64,000 nucleotides of DNA from Eledone cirrhosa (lineage: Eukaryota): NCBI GenBank assembly GCA_964016885.1, contig CAXHJY010000998.1:1-64000 (forward strand). The letters are read 5' to 3'. The stretch's first letter is position 1. Each line of letters begins with the position of its first letter. This document shows positions 14,988-27,875 of the stretch, one piece after another. The notes beneath the pieces are model-generated. The model was not told the DNA's origin. It did no database searches and saw only the letters and a list, made by a program, of their open reading frames with translations. Made by a program: the position numbers and the translations under genes.

Positions 14988-15122
14988 GAGGAGGAGGATG
15001 AGGAGGAGCAGGAGGAGGAGGAGCAGGAGGAGGAGAAGAAGAAGAAGAAGAAGAAGAAGAAGAAGAAGAAGAAGAAGAAGAAGAAGAAGAAGAAGAAGAA
15101 GAAGAAGAAGAAGAAGAAGAAG

Positions 15123-15153
<31 letters not shown>

Positions 15154-15202
15154 GGTAGTAGTACAGCAACAACAATAGCAACAACAACAACAACAACAAC
15201 AA
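14988..15202. repeat. (GGA)n/(GAA)n/(CAA)n triplet tract
   Basis: Directly visible. Confidence 0.95.
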
Positions 15203-15493
15203 GAAAAAAGACGAAAAAGAAGAACTGTATCAATAAATGACGAATAAGTAGAAAACATTTTACAAAGAGAGAAAATTCTCTTCTGAACTCAATGTAGTAT
15301 TTTAATGTTGCTGCTGGTGAGCTGACTTTAAGATTAAAGGCATTCCAATCACGACCATATCATCGGCAATTTTAAGTACGAATATGGCTCTCATTAATGA
15401 AGCCTTCCTGACACAGAAGACGAGATATATATGTATACATATACATATATACTACGCACACACACACACATAACTGTATATATATATATATAT

Positions 15494-15777
15494 AATAATA
15501 AACAAGAGTTTGTCTTTGAAATACGTATAACAAAATAAATAGGGATGTACAAATGAAACTGTCTCGTTTATTATTATATAAATATAAGTATATATATATA
15601 TAATCATATATATATATATATATATATATATGATTATATATATATATATACTTATATTTATATAATAATAAACAAGAGAGACAGTTTCATTTGTACATCC
15701 CTATTTTGTTATACGTATTTCAAAGACATGTGGCAGTTGTATTACAGCTACCCTGCGTGGTCTCTTCAGACAAAAAT

Positions 15778-15780
<3 letters not shown>
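15494..15780. mobile_element. Family J inverted pair around a TA tract
   Basis: About 15511-15600 is the reverse complement of about 15642-15728; the right arm extends through a full hammerhead. Confidence 0.65.
15704..15775 (-). ncRNA. Type I hammerhead (family J)
   Basis: Minus strand: TTTTGT-CTGAAGA-GAC..GTC-ttt-GAA-ATACGTAT-A-ACAAAA; palindromic stem III, 6-bp stem I, 3 extra nt before GAAA. Confidence 0.7.
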
Positions 15781-15849
<69 letters not shown>

Positions 15850-15885
15850 ATGTATATATGTATGTATATATGTGTGTGTGTGTGT

Positions 15886-15922
<37 letters not shown>

Positions 15923-16243
15923 GTGCAAATTTAGACGGGAACAAAACAGAGAGGCAGACAAATAAAGGTTTATTAGGTTCACGCTTATTTTTCTTAGCCC
16001 CAGTCAGGTTGCTCACAACGATCCTGGAGGCTCATACTGCGTTAAGATGTCCCCCACCTCCCCTTTATTACCTCCTACTCTCACCCCACTCCCCACCTCC
16101 TCGGAATTAATTAAAAATATTTAGTAGCCAATTACATCTTCTAATAAAGTCTGCTACTTAATGAAGAGGCGTTCATCAGTTTATTGTATGTAAACTAGTC
16201 TAAACGACTAGCAGATGTTTGTAAAAGGGAAATTGACCGAAAC

Positions 16244-16290
<47 letters not shown>

Positions 16291-16294
<4 letters not shown>

Positions 16295-16650
16295 GGCGGC
16301 CGACCTGACTAGAAACTGCTAAATGTGTGGCCGCCTTCTTGTCTCTGCCTTTTCAGCCCCATGAATTATATTTCTTTGTTAAATTTCGAATACCTGATGA
16401 TGTCACCGGATTCATACTGAACCCGGTCATTGAAATGTTCATAGTGTAATAAACCTTTCAGGAATTACACCAGTCCAGCCTCCTGTTATTTTATAATAAT
16501 TAACTCCGTAGTCGCACCACCAACTACACAAACGAAGACGGGTGAGTTGCATTACGTCGAGTGCACTCCCTAATATTACATCGAGGTTGACTATACGGAA
16601 TGACGAGTTCTATCCAGTGGTGAACCAACAAACCTAAATGTATTTAAATT
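16291..16650 (+). mobile_element. Family E TA-embedded element
   Basis: Homologous to 22595-22780; its 3' tail appears inverted at 22514-22560. Confidence 0.65.
16390..16447 (+). ncRNA. Type I hammerhead (family E)
   Basis: ATAC-CTGATGA-TG..ACCGG..CCGGT-CA-tt-GAA-ATGttCAT-A-GTGT then AATAAA. Confidence 0.7.
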
Positions 16651-16674
16651 TATATATATATATATATATATATA

Positions 16675-16875
16675 TAGGAGTATGACCCCGGCGGCAGAGC
16701 TCAAGTCGTTTCGACGGCTAATTCTGGACTAATTGAGTCCAGAATTAGCCGTCGAAACTGCTTGAGCTCTGCCATCGGGGTCATACTTGTTCTTATTACC
16801 CACTCTACTACCCTAAGTATTGAGTACTTTGGTGCGTTATCGTCCATCTGGTTCCTTACCACATTTCCTTCGTTA
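16675..16875 (+). mobile_element. Family B element with short inverted 5' arm
   Basis: TAGG..CTGGACT / AGTCCAG.. inversion, then the conserved tail ..TATTGAGTAC..CCTTCGTTA; (TA)n on both sides. Confidence 0.75.
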
Positions 16876-16887
16876 TATATATATATT

Positions 16888-16968
<81 letters not shown>

Positions 16969-17544
16969 AAATGGGGAGAAGAATACTGCAGGTTGCACAT
17001 GGATAACATGTTATAAAATGAGTCCCTCATCAGTGATTTGCCAACGATTATAGATATTTCATTGCATTAAAAATCATATACCTCACGTTGGTGCAATAAT
17101 AACTAAATTAAGTTATTAGGACAATTAAAACGCGTAAAGCGAGTGAGACAAGTAAATATATATACGTGTGTGTGTGTATGTATGTGTGTGTGTGTGTATA
17201 CAATCATCATCACCATTTTCCACACTAGCATGGATTAGACAGTTTGACCCATTTCAGGCAAGTTTGGTCAGGTGACCGTGCCGTACTTATAGAACTGTCT
17301 CTGGCCAGGTTTCTACGGCTGGAAGCCCTTTTTAACGCCAACGATATTTACAGTGTGGGCTGAGTGCTTTTTGTCGTGACACTCACACGACTAGTTTACA
17401 GTGTGGGATGGAGATGTGCTGTTCACAGTGCAAGGGTAGTGTAGTGAAGAGTGGGTGGGTGAGGGCATAGTGGTTAAGAGGTGCCTACTAGATGTATGTT
17501 TGAGTCTGTTTTTTTATGGGAGGAAGTGTCTTCTATATTACTTC

Positions 17545-17780
17545 TTAATGCCAAAGATCTCGATCCTGTGTCAATGTCTTTGAGAGTTTGACCTCCTCCC
17601 AGGTCGTCCTAATTCATAACTTCCATCAATTATGAACACCCTGCACTTTTTTTATACAGCTGTCATCCTTCATATGTATCACATGACCATACCAATGCAA
17701 TCTCCTTTCTAGCATACTACATCTCGTCCCTCTTATACTTAATTTCTCTCTTAGTTCATTTATGCTTTGTCATTCATGTA
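17545..17780 (-). pseudogene. RTE-clade LINE C-terminal remnant
   Basis: Minus translation ELREKLSIRGTRCSMLERRLHWYGHVIHMKDDSCIKKC..GRP fits the RTE RLRWYGHVxRM..GRP motif. Confidence 0.75.
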
Positions 17781-17786
17781 TATTAC

Positions 17787-17877
<91 letters not shown>

Positions 17878-17880
17878 AAT

Positions 17881-18078
17881 AATTGTTTCTTCTTTTGGCA
17901 CAAGGCCAGCAATTACCCAGTGTATTACTAGTACTTTATTTTATCGACCCCGTAAGGATGAAAGGCAAAGTCAACCTCGGCGGGTTGACTTTGCCTTTCA
18001 TCCTTACGGGGTCGATAAAATAAAGTACCAGTAATGCACTGGATAATTGCTGGCCTTGTGCCAAAAGAAGAAACAATT
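17881..18078. mobile_element. Fold-back pair of SINE A 3' halves
   Basis: Arms of about 97 bp are near-perfect reverse complements centred near 17980. Confidence 0.85.
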
Positions 18079-18705
18079 ATTATTATTATTATATATATAT
18101 ATAATAATAATAATAATGATAATAATTCGGTGACAATCGACCTCTCACACCCTCGAAAAATAATTATAACAGGCTGTGCTACCTCAACCACCAGTGACTG
18201 TGTACATCTGTTTTATTGAACAAACTCTTGCTTTATACATGTGGATAAACGATTCCAATATTAATTATACTGCATTATATTATATTTATATTATATTATA
18301 TATAAATGATGAGTGCTGTAAATGATTAGAGCCGTAGGTCTTCGTGAATTAAAATGAACCTTGAACAGTTCTCAGTGGAAAGATCTCCACTCAAGCATAA
18401 ATCATTTGGGGATTTCTCTTAATCATTAATTATGCCCTTGGGAGGAAATGCAGGAATGTAACAAGTTGGTTTGATCCTTCTGTCTAAACTATAGGACTGT
18501 TAAGGTCTAGTTAGAATAAAGCAGCTTATTGAAGTGGTGATTAAAATAATGTAGTTTTGTTTAAACTATTTTCCCTCTCAATGAAATCTCCAATCTAGTT
18601 TCAATTTCTGTGTGTAGCGAACTCTCCTCCTCCTCCTCCTCCTCCTCCTCCTCCTTCTTCTTCTTCTTCTTCTTCTTCTTCTTCTTCTTCTTCTTCTTCT
18701 TCTTC

Positions 18706-19095
18706 GCCCACCTATTCGTGAAAGGGGTGTGGGGGCAGAGTCCTCAAACACTCCCTCCAACGGGTCCTGTCAGAAGCAACCGTCTCCAAATGATCTGGCT
18801 GCATCCCCAAGCGTGACAAGCCAAGCTCATGGGTGCTATCCAACTATCTTGCTCGGGGTCTACCCCTGGGTCTCCTACCTGTGGCCTTCGCCCGTAAAAT
18901 CGTCCAGCGACTCTTACCTGAGACATTCTAACGACATGGCCATAGTATCGGGGCTGTGATTTCTCAATTCGGAGAAATTCCTGGAGTGACTCTATGATAT
19001 CCGAGCTACACACTTTATCGAATAACGCTACTCCATAGACCCTTCGGAAGAATCCAATTCCGACCGCTTCTATTCGCGATCGTATTCTTTTGGAA
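18706..19095 (-). pseudogene. RTE-clade LINE 3' remnant with (GAA)n tail; second fragment at 48449-48550
   Basis: ORF 18744-19217 contains RIEAVGIGFFRRVYGV..LRIEKSQPRYYGHVVRM..GRRP; frameshifted. Confidence 0.8.
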
Positions 19096-19191
19096 CTCAC
19101 TTTTCTGAAATTGGTTATCGGTAAATCAAAATTCTCAGTAATTAAAATTATAGTTTTCAGTGAAAGCAACAATCTATATAATACATCAGAC

Positions 19192-19506
19192 CAGAAGTTC
19201 TCAAACCTTTGGGCCACCCGCTTCTCACGGACATGTCATTTCCTCAGCGTCGCCCACGCCTCTTTCCAGAGAGACCTACCTATACGCAAATTGTACATAT
19301 ATAATAAATAAAATCGTCAATTTATATATAATTTATATATACTAAATAATATATTATATACTATGTATAAATAAATATACACTTTTATTTTACTATATTT
19401 AAATCTATGTATCATTTGATATTTAATATACCATTATACCATTGCTACCACCCCCTTAGGCCTCAGCACCCCCTGGAGTTGGTAGCGCTCACTTTCAGAA
19501 CCTCTG
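19192..19506. mobile_element. hAT-type MITE
   Basis: TIRs CAGAAGTTCTCAAA / TTTCAGAACCTCTG; 8-bp flanks CATCAGAC and CATTAGAA (6/8 match). Confidence 0.7.
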
Positions 19507-20233
19507 CATTAGAAGGTGGATTATCAGCTGGCAATAATTATTATATGATAGGATTAACTTTATCTAATGTGGTCACCTTTTCACAACAAAGCTAAACAAT
19601 TCCTACTCTAATGCAATTGTTCGTGAAGACCAAAATATATAATCGATTCTCAAACTCGAAATATTCAAACTTATGGAAGACTAAACAACTATTTATGATT
19701 TGGTTATTATTATTTTTTCTCGTTTCTGTTTTTTTAAGGTAAATAAAATTACTTACGATAGAATGGCAAGAGAAAAGTTATATAAATTAATGAACGCCTG
19801 ACTTCTTTAACCCGTAAACAATATACTAAACGGATAATGCCAACGCCATTCCTTCCATTTTGCAAACCTACCTAATCACATCGTTGTTTAATGATGCAAC
19901 ACGTCAACGTGAAAATGAAACTACAAAACAGTTACTTTTGTTGTGGAATTTGCCGTTGTGTTGGCGTCTGGGTGTTGTTATCTCAAAAATAAAATAAAAT
20001 CATATCACAAAACCTTTTCACCCTGGTGACATCTTTAATAAGTGTTAAATGGAAATTAGCGTGGGACGTACTAGAATGTATCCGGTCCCCAATATATATG
20101 AAACACCCACTTTTTAACTCTTGAAATTTCAATTTAACAAGATGTAGCATGTATTTAGAAAGCAGAACACGCTGTCCCCCTTTCTCTCTCTATCTATCTG
20201 CAGACAGTAAATACTGTTTGTTATAGTTTATAA

Positions 20234-20383
20234 TCTATATATATAAAAGCAAGTCGGTCTGTGTGTGTGTGTCTGTCTGTCTGTGTACAAATACTAGGCT
20301 CCTTTTAACTTTTGAAGTACTAGGCCGTTACGGACAAACATGCTGTCATCCATTTCCCGAGCAACACCGGGTACATCTGCTAG
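20234..20383 (+). mobile_element. Non-autonomous Helitron
   Basis: 5' TCTATATATATAAAAG, internal (GT)/(CTGT) repeat, 3' hairpin CCCG..CGGG, CTAG end, inserted between A and T. Confidence 0.7.
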
Positions 20384-20448
20384 TGTATAAATAATAAAAC
20401 CATCATATAACGTAGTGTATATAATGATGCCATGTCTGAACCGTCACT

Positions 20449-20690
20449 TGGCAGTATCGGTAGAGAGTCGGAAGCCAGGCTTTCCAGCATAATTACGTCC
20501 CTTTACAGACTGAGTTCAAATCCCGCCGAGGTTCACTTTGCCTTTCATCCTTACGGGGTCGATAAAATAAAGTACCAGTAATGCACTGGATAATTGATGG
20601 CCTTGTGCCAAAAGTAGAAACAATTATTTCATAGTCCATCCTTACGGCATCGATAAAATAAAGTACCAGTAACGCACTGGGGTTGATTTA
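20449..20690 (+). mobile_element. SINE A plus partial copy
   Basis: Consensus match. Confidence 0.8.
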
Positions 20691-21034
20691 ATCACCTTTC
20701 CTCTCCCAAAATTGTAAGTCGGATATCGTTGACTACATCAATTCTATCGTATATCAGTTAGGAATATTTCTCAAGTCCCAAGTAAAGGATGAGATAAAAC
20801 GAAAATTCGATCTCAGTGCATTTTTAGAAAGAAAGCGTCTCTGAGCTTCGAGCTCTCTCCTATCTGTCTATTTTATAAATCTTTCTCACTCAATATATAT
20901 ATGCAAAAGTTTTATTTAAAATTGTTGGGATACAACAAGTAAATATTTTATAACTGATATAAAGCACTCGACAAGTTTTTGGAGTAGATATACGATATTA
21001 AATAAATGGAAACTATATTTATAAAACCATATTT

Positions 21035-21097
21035 ATTTCATTATACATATTTCAGGGATACCAAATTAAAATATGGCATGCCTTCGTCAGATAAAAT
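21035..21097 (-). ncRNA. Type I hammerhead (family D), inverted copy
   Basis: Reverse complement of 21175-21237 within a 114-bp inverted repeat. Confidence 0.85.
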
Positions 21098-21174
21098 ACA
21101 AGACAGCTTCCAAAAATAATGGTCGCTTCTAATAGGGTACGTCAAAATTATTTATAAAACAGTTTATATATTGT

Positions 21175-21237
21175 ATTTTATCTGACGAAGGCATGCCATA
21201 TTTTAATTTGGTATCCCTGAAATATGTATAATGAAAT
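21175..21237 (+). ncRNA. Type I hammerhead (family D)
   Basis: ATTTTAT-CTGACGA-AGGcATGCCA..TGGTATcCCT-GAA-ATAtgTAT-A-ATGAAAT; 7-bp stem I; AATAAA overlaps the end of stem I. Confidence 0.85.
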
Positions 21238-21279
21238 AAATATGGTTTTATAAATATAGTTTCCATTTATTTAATATCG

Positions 21280-21333
<54 letters not shown>

Positions 21334-21376
21334 CATATATATATACACACATACACACACACACATATATATATAT

Positions 21377-21546
21377 AATTGTTTCTACTTTTGGCACAAG
21401 GCCAGCAATTATCCCAGTGTATTACTGGTACTTTATTTTATCGACCCCGTAAGGATGAAAGGCAAAGTTAACCTCGGCGGGATTTGAACTCAGAACGCAA
21501 CTCTTTTCTGGAAAGCATGGCGTCCGACCCTCTACAGATACTGCCA
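21377..21546 (-). mobile_element. SINE A
   Basis: Consensus match. Confidence 0.85.
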
Positions 21547-21568
21547 TATATATATTATGAATATATCA

Positions 21569-21601
<33 letters not shown>

Positions 21602-22303
21602 CATAAACTATATAATATATGTGTGTATATATATATATATAATATATGTGTATATATATATATAATTATATATATATACACATATATTATATAGTTTATG
21701 ATATATAATATTGCCTTTCATCCTTACATGAATATATTACATATGTATATAGTATATATATATGGGTCATCTTTTGTCGTTATTATTTATTTTCTTGTTC
21801 CAAAAGTAGCTCCATCAATGCCGCCCACCCAGTGTTACTAAAATTATATTTAATCTATATGTACAGTAAAACGAAAAATGAGTTTTATTTTGGCAAGAAA
21901 CATCGTAGCGCGCAGCGGCAGTAGACTCTGCACATTATTCTATCTCACAGAACTTTTATTCTTCACCATTCGCTCGGAATTTTCTCGACCATTAGCTGAT
22001 TTAAGTAACACACTGCTTATTTGTCCTGGCCATTCTATCCTTATGATTAGACAGGGCTTTCCGCTTCAGTTTGTAATTCTGCACAGTTTCCACCATACAG
22101 GCTCGAGTTCTTCGCTAACCATTATCTACACATTCCTTCTTTCATTTACCCCCTTCTTTCTTTCTTTCTCTCTATTCGTTCATTCTTTCTTTCCTAAACC
22201 AGTTCTGGTTGGGAAGTCAATCATCTTTCACGTTGATCAGTAAAACTAATTTACTGAAATAATCAGTCTTGTGGTTTCCCTCCTATTATGTTCCCACTCA
22301 GAC

Positions 22304-22780
<477 letters not shown>

Positions 22781-23181
22781 TAATTACATGGCGTCCGACC
22801 CTCTACCGATACTGCCAATCCACCGCCCAGATGAAACCAAATAATGTTATGATATACCATATAATAGTACATATGATATATTAGAATACCTTTTTCTAAT
22901 ATAGAACTCGTGCTTACATCATAGATGAGAAACATATAAGCAAATGTCAAACCCCATTATTATGTTAGATAACTTTAACAAAACATACACACACATACGT
23001 ACATATATACTGTCTCATATACACACATATACACAAACACATACAAAACATATATACATATGCACATACTCACACGCGCAAGGAACTTTTACATTAATGT
23101 ATTGATGAAAGCCAGTATATTGACAATGATTAAGTATTGATTCTCCCATGGGGATTGGTACACACACACACACATACACAC

Positions 23182-23265
<84 letters not shown>

Positions 23266-23267
23266 AT

Positions 23268-23535
23268 TATATTTGAGGACGGTCATGTTGCCAGTATTGC
23301 CAATAAAATTAAACACAAGTATCATATCATTTTCAATTTAACTTTATTACTAGTTATTCGTTAATTTGTCAAAGTTCCTTCGTCACATATTCCGTGACCT
23401 GTAGGCATTGAGGAGGTGACAATGTGTGACAAAATATCTTTGATGAACTAACGAATAATTATTAATAAATATGAAGTGAAAATCATATGGTGCTTATGTT
23501 TCCTTTTACTGGCAGTATTGGAAACTTGGCCATCC

Positions 23536-23540
<5 letters not shown>
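23268..23540. mobile_element. Diverged inverted-repeat element between microsatellites
   Basis: Arms at about 23268-23395 and 23422-23540 are imperfect reverse complements; a related end occurs at 35620-35650. Confidence 0.5.
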
Positions 23541-23606
<66 letters not shown>

Positions 23607-23612
23607 TGTATG

Positions 23613-23644
<32 letters not shown>

Positions 23645-24139
23645 AGGTAAACATAAATAACAACACAATCGGTACAGTATATGGAAGGGATATATTAGGT
23701 TAACGCTTATATTTATTTATTTTCAAGTATATTTATTCATCTGACCGCGAATCATCAAACTCTTTTGAGTTATCTCCTAACTATAGGTTTAAGTAGGAAA
23801 AGTATATTTATATTTAAAAATTCCTCTAAATTCTTAATTATTTTCAAATTTATTTGAAATTGATAAGTAGGGTCTTTCATTAGAATTATGGCGAAGAAAG
23901 TGTTGAAGACTGTGGAATGACAAGTAACAACAAAACATTAACAAGCACCCACATCTTTACCATCAGCAGTACAACCACCACTACAGCCACCACACTACCA
24001 CGTCCAAGACTACCACTTCCACCAATACTACCAACATCAACAACAACAACACAGTGACAAGAATCCACATCTTCTTTACCATCTGCAGTACAATTTCTAT
24101 CACATCCAAGACCACCAACCACACTACATTAATACCACG

Positions 24140-25490
24140 ATCAGCACCACCACAACCACCAATACAACCACCACACTACCATTTCCAAGGCCACCACTTC
24201 CACCATCACATCAATACCACCACCACCACCACCACTACCATCACCACCACCACAACCACCACACTACCATATCGAAGGCCACCACTTCCACCATCACATC
24301 AATACCACCACCACCACAACCACTACCATCACCACCACCACAACCACCACACTACCATATCGAAGGCCACCACTTCCACCATCACATCAATACCACCACC
24401 AGCACCACTACCATCACCACCACCACCACCACAACCACCAATACAACCACCACACTACCATATCCAAGACCACCACTTCCACCATCACATCAATACCACC
24501 ACCACCACCACAACCACCAATACAACCACCACACTACCATATCCAAGGCCACCACTTCCACCATCACATCAATACCACCACCACCACTACCATCACCACC
24601 ACCACCACCACCAATACAACCACCACACTACCATATCCAAGACCACCACTTCCACCATCACATCAATACCACCACCACCACCACTACCATCACCACCACC
24701 ACCACCAATACAACCACCACACTACCATATCCAAGGCCACCACTTCCACCATCACATCAATACCACCACCACCACCACTACCATCACCACCACCACCACC
24801 AATACAACCACCACACTACCATATCCAAGACCACCACTTCCACCATCACATCAATACCACCACCACCACCACAACCACCAATACAACCACCACACTACCA
24901 TATCCAAGGCCACCACTTCCACCATCACATCAATACCACCACCACCACTACCATCACCACCACCACCACCAATACAACCACCACACTACCATATCCAAGA
25001 CCACCACTTCCACCATCACATCAATACCACCACCACCACCACTACCATCACCACCACCACCACCAATACAACCACCACACTACCATATCCAAGGCCACCA
25101 CTTCCACCATCACATCAATACCACCACCACCACCACTACCATCACCACCACCACCACCAATACAACCACCACACTACCATATCCAAGACCACCACTTCCA
25201 CCATCACATCAATACCACCACCACCACCACTACCATCACCACCACCACCACCACAACCACCAATACAACCACCACACTACCATATCCAAGGCCACCACTT
25301 CCACCATCACATCAATACCACCACCACCACTACCATCACCACCAATACAACCACCACACTACCATATCCAAGGCCACCACTTCCACCATCACATCAATAC
25401 CACCACCACCACTACCATCACCACCACCACCACCAATACAACCACCACACTACTACATACAAGACCACCAACAACACCACATCAATACCA
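24140..25490. repeat. C/A-rich minisatellite, unit about 80-100 bp
   Basis: Repeated CCAATACAACCACCACACTACCATATCCAAGRCCACCACTTCCACCATCACATCAATA plus a variable (CCA)n block. Confidence 0.9.
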
Positions 25491-25953
25491 TAGAACAAAT
25501 CACACCACACTACCACCACTACAACCACCAAGTCTACAACCACTATCAATACCAACAACAACAACCACGAATGAACGAGGAGAAAGAAAGCTAAAAGATA
25601 TGAAGATAAAGAGAGACAAGGAGATGGAGAGGATGTTAGAGGGGTAGGCAGAGTATGTGAGAGATAGGCAGAGTATGAGAGATAGAGTTAGTTTGTGTGA
25701 GAGATAGAGAGGCTGAGAATGATAGAGAGAGAAAGGGAAAGAATAAAAGCGAGAGAGAGAAGGGGAGGAAAATTATGGCAGAGACAAAATTACTGATAAA
25801 ATCAATGATCGGGAAAAAATGACAGAAATTAGTAGCCATAAAAAATCGATACTAGTAAATAGTACAACAATAATAACAACAATATCAACAAAAATATCTA
25901 ACATATAACAACAATAACAACAACGGAAACAAGACTAAACACATTTTGTGTGT

Positions 25954-26011
<58 letters not shown>

Positions 26012-26015
<4 letters not shown>

Positions 26016-26168
26016 AACAAGTATGACCCCGACGGCAGAGCTCAAGCCGCTTCGACGCCTATTTTCGTCGGGGTCATACTTGTTCATATTACCCACTTTA
26101 CTACCCTAAGTATTGAGTACTTTGGTGCGTTATGGTCCATTAGATTCCTTACCACATTTCTTTCGTTA
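26012..26168 (+). mobile_element. Family B element with short inverted arm
   Basis: Same unit; (TA)n on the left, (ATAAAT)n on the right. Confidence 0.75.
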
Positions 26169-26502
26169 TATAAATATAAATATAAATATAAATATAAATA
26201 TAAATATAAATATAAATATAAATATAAATATAAATATAAATATAAATATATATACAGACAGAGAGGGAGAGAGATGTGTTAATCCCGATTGCGGCGCTAA
26301 GCGGTTTCGACTTGTGTGATCATTCACACACACGCATAGATATATACGTGCATATGTATGTCTATATCTCTATACAGTGCCATACACGCGCACACAAACA
26401 CACACACACACACACAGATAAACTTATATTATTAGTGTATGATAATGGATTCAATTAGTGAGACTGTACACACACACACATACACACACACACACACACA
26501 CA

Positions 26503-26540
<38 letters not shown>

Positions 26541-26659
26541 TGTATATATACATATATACACATACTTGTGTAAGTGTGTGACTTTATATGCATAAACATT
26601 GTATAAATATATATACACATATATATATATAATGTATTTATGTATATATAAATATACTC

Positions 26660-26713
<54 letters not shown>

Positions 26714-26764
26714 TCATCATCATCATCACCGTTTTACGTCCGTTCTTCCACACTAGCATGGGTG

Positions 26765-26820
<56 letters not shown>

Positions 26821-26889
26821 ATAAATACCCACATATATCCATACACACACACTCATATACATATATATACACATGTACATCATATATAC

Positions 26890-27174
26890 AGAGACACCAA
26901 CAGATCTAGCTGCAATACAAAGACGATCTGAAGGCCAGGATCACAAGTGCCTTTAGGGGCCTAAGTCGGGGGACAGTGACGAAGGCCTGTAGCCGGTTCC
27001 GAGGCCGCCTTGAGGCCGTCATTAAAGCCAATGGCGGGTTTATCGAGTGAGATCGAAAGAACAAGTCATGAAGACAAACTGACCCAAGTTTGATAAATAT
27101 ATCTTAAAAAATAAAACTACTGTGTTATCCTTTCCTAGACAGTAATCTTGCGAACAAATATCGTCCGCACCCTG
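26890..27174 (+). pseudogene. Tc1/mariner (maT/DD37D-like) transposase C-terminus and right TIR
   Basis: DLKARITSAFRGLSRGTVTKACSRFRGRLEAVIKANGGFIE* (stop 27048-27050); ends in GCACCCTG. Confidence 0.75.
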
Positions 27175-27253
27175 CACCACCCCACTCTCAAGAGCGTGAA
27201 ACTAATAAACCTTTGTTCGTACTGCCTCACTGTTTTGTTCCCGTTCAATTTTT

Positions 27254-27303
<50 letters not shown>

Positions 27304-27341
27304 TATATATACAGAGAGAGTGGGGGAGACAGAGAGAGAGT

Positions 27342-27416
<75 letters not shown>

Positions 27417-27473
27417 GGGGAGGGCCATCCGAGCTACCCAATTGTGAAGTCAATGAAATACCAGTAATTATGA

Positions 27474-27575
27474 ATCAATCATGTGTATAATGAACAGAAT
27501 GATTATCAATTGATTTATTACTAATGGCGGAAGTGATGATTTTCCAATCAATACAGCCCACTAATGGCGCGAATC
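27474..27575. promoter_or_regulatory. Candidate promoter/enhancer motif cluster
   Basis: AATGGCGGAAGTG (overlapping YY1-like and ETS-like sites), a second CTAATGGCG, CCAAT, TGATTTAT and ATCAATCA within about 100 bp of unique sequence. Confidence 0.25.
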
Positions 27576-27682
27576 CCACTGTGTATATATTTCTCTGTGT
27601 TTAGATGTGTATGTGTTTCATATAAACATCTCTCTCACTCTCCGCCTCTCTCTCTCTCTTTCTCTCTGTATACACACACACA

Positions 27683-27809
<127 letters not shown>

Positions 27810-27813
27810 ACGC

Positions 27814-27875
<62 letters not shown>

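Larger units (their letters stand above)
20988..21284. mobile_element. Family D inverted-repeat element
   Basis: 114-bp arms (20988-21101 and 21171-21284) with a 69-bp spacer; a hammerhead in each arm. Confidence 0.75.

Noticed and set aside
17018-17037. Isolated minus-strand CTGATGA motifs (also near 10987, 54612, 58942, 60157)
   Set aside because: No correctly placed stem II, GAAA and stem III; the 17.0-kb and 58.9-kb hits share TCACTGATGARGGACT and may be truncated remnants.
23370-23450. Hammerhead in the 23.3-kb inverted element
   Set aside because: GTCAC/GTGAC-GAA on one arm and TTGAGGA on the other are suggestive, but neither arm yields a full fold.
24054-25493. 479-aa extensin-like or His-rich CDS
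   Set aside because: GTG start and a frame-cycling minisatellite; absence of stops is explained by base composition.
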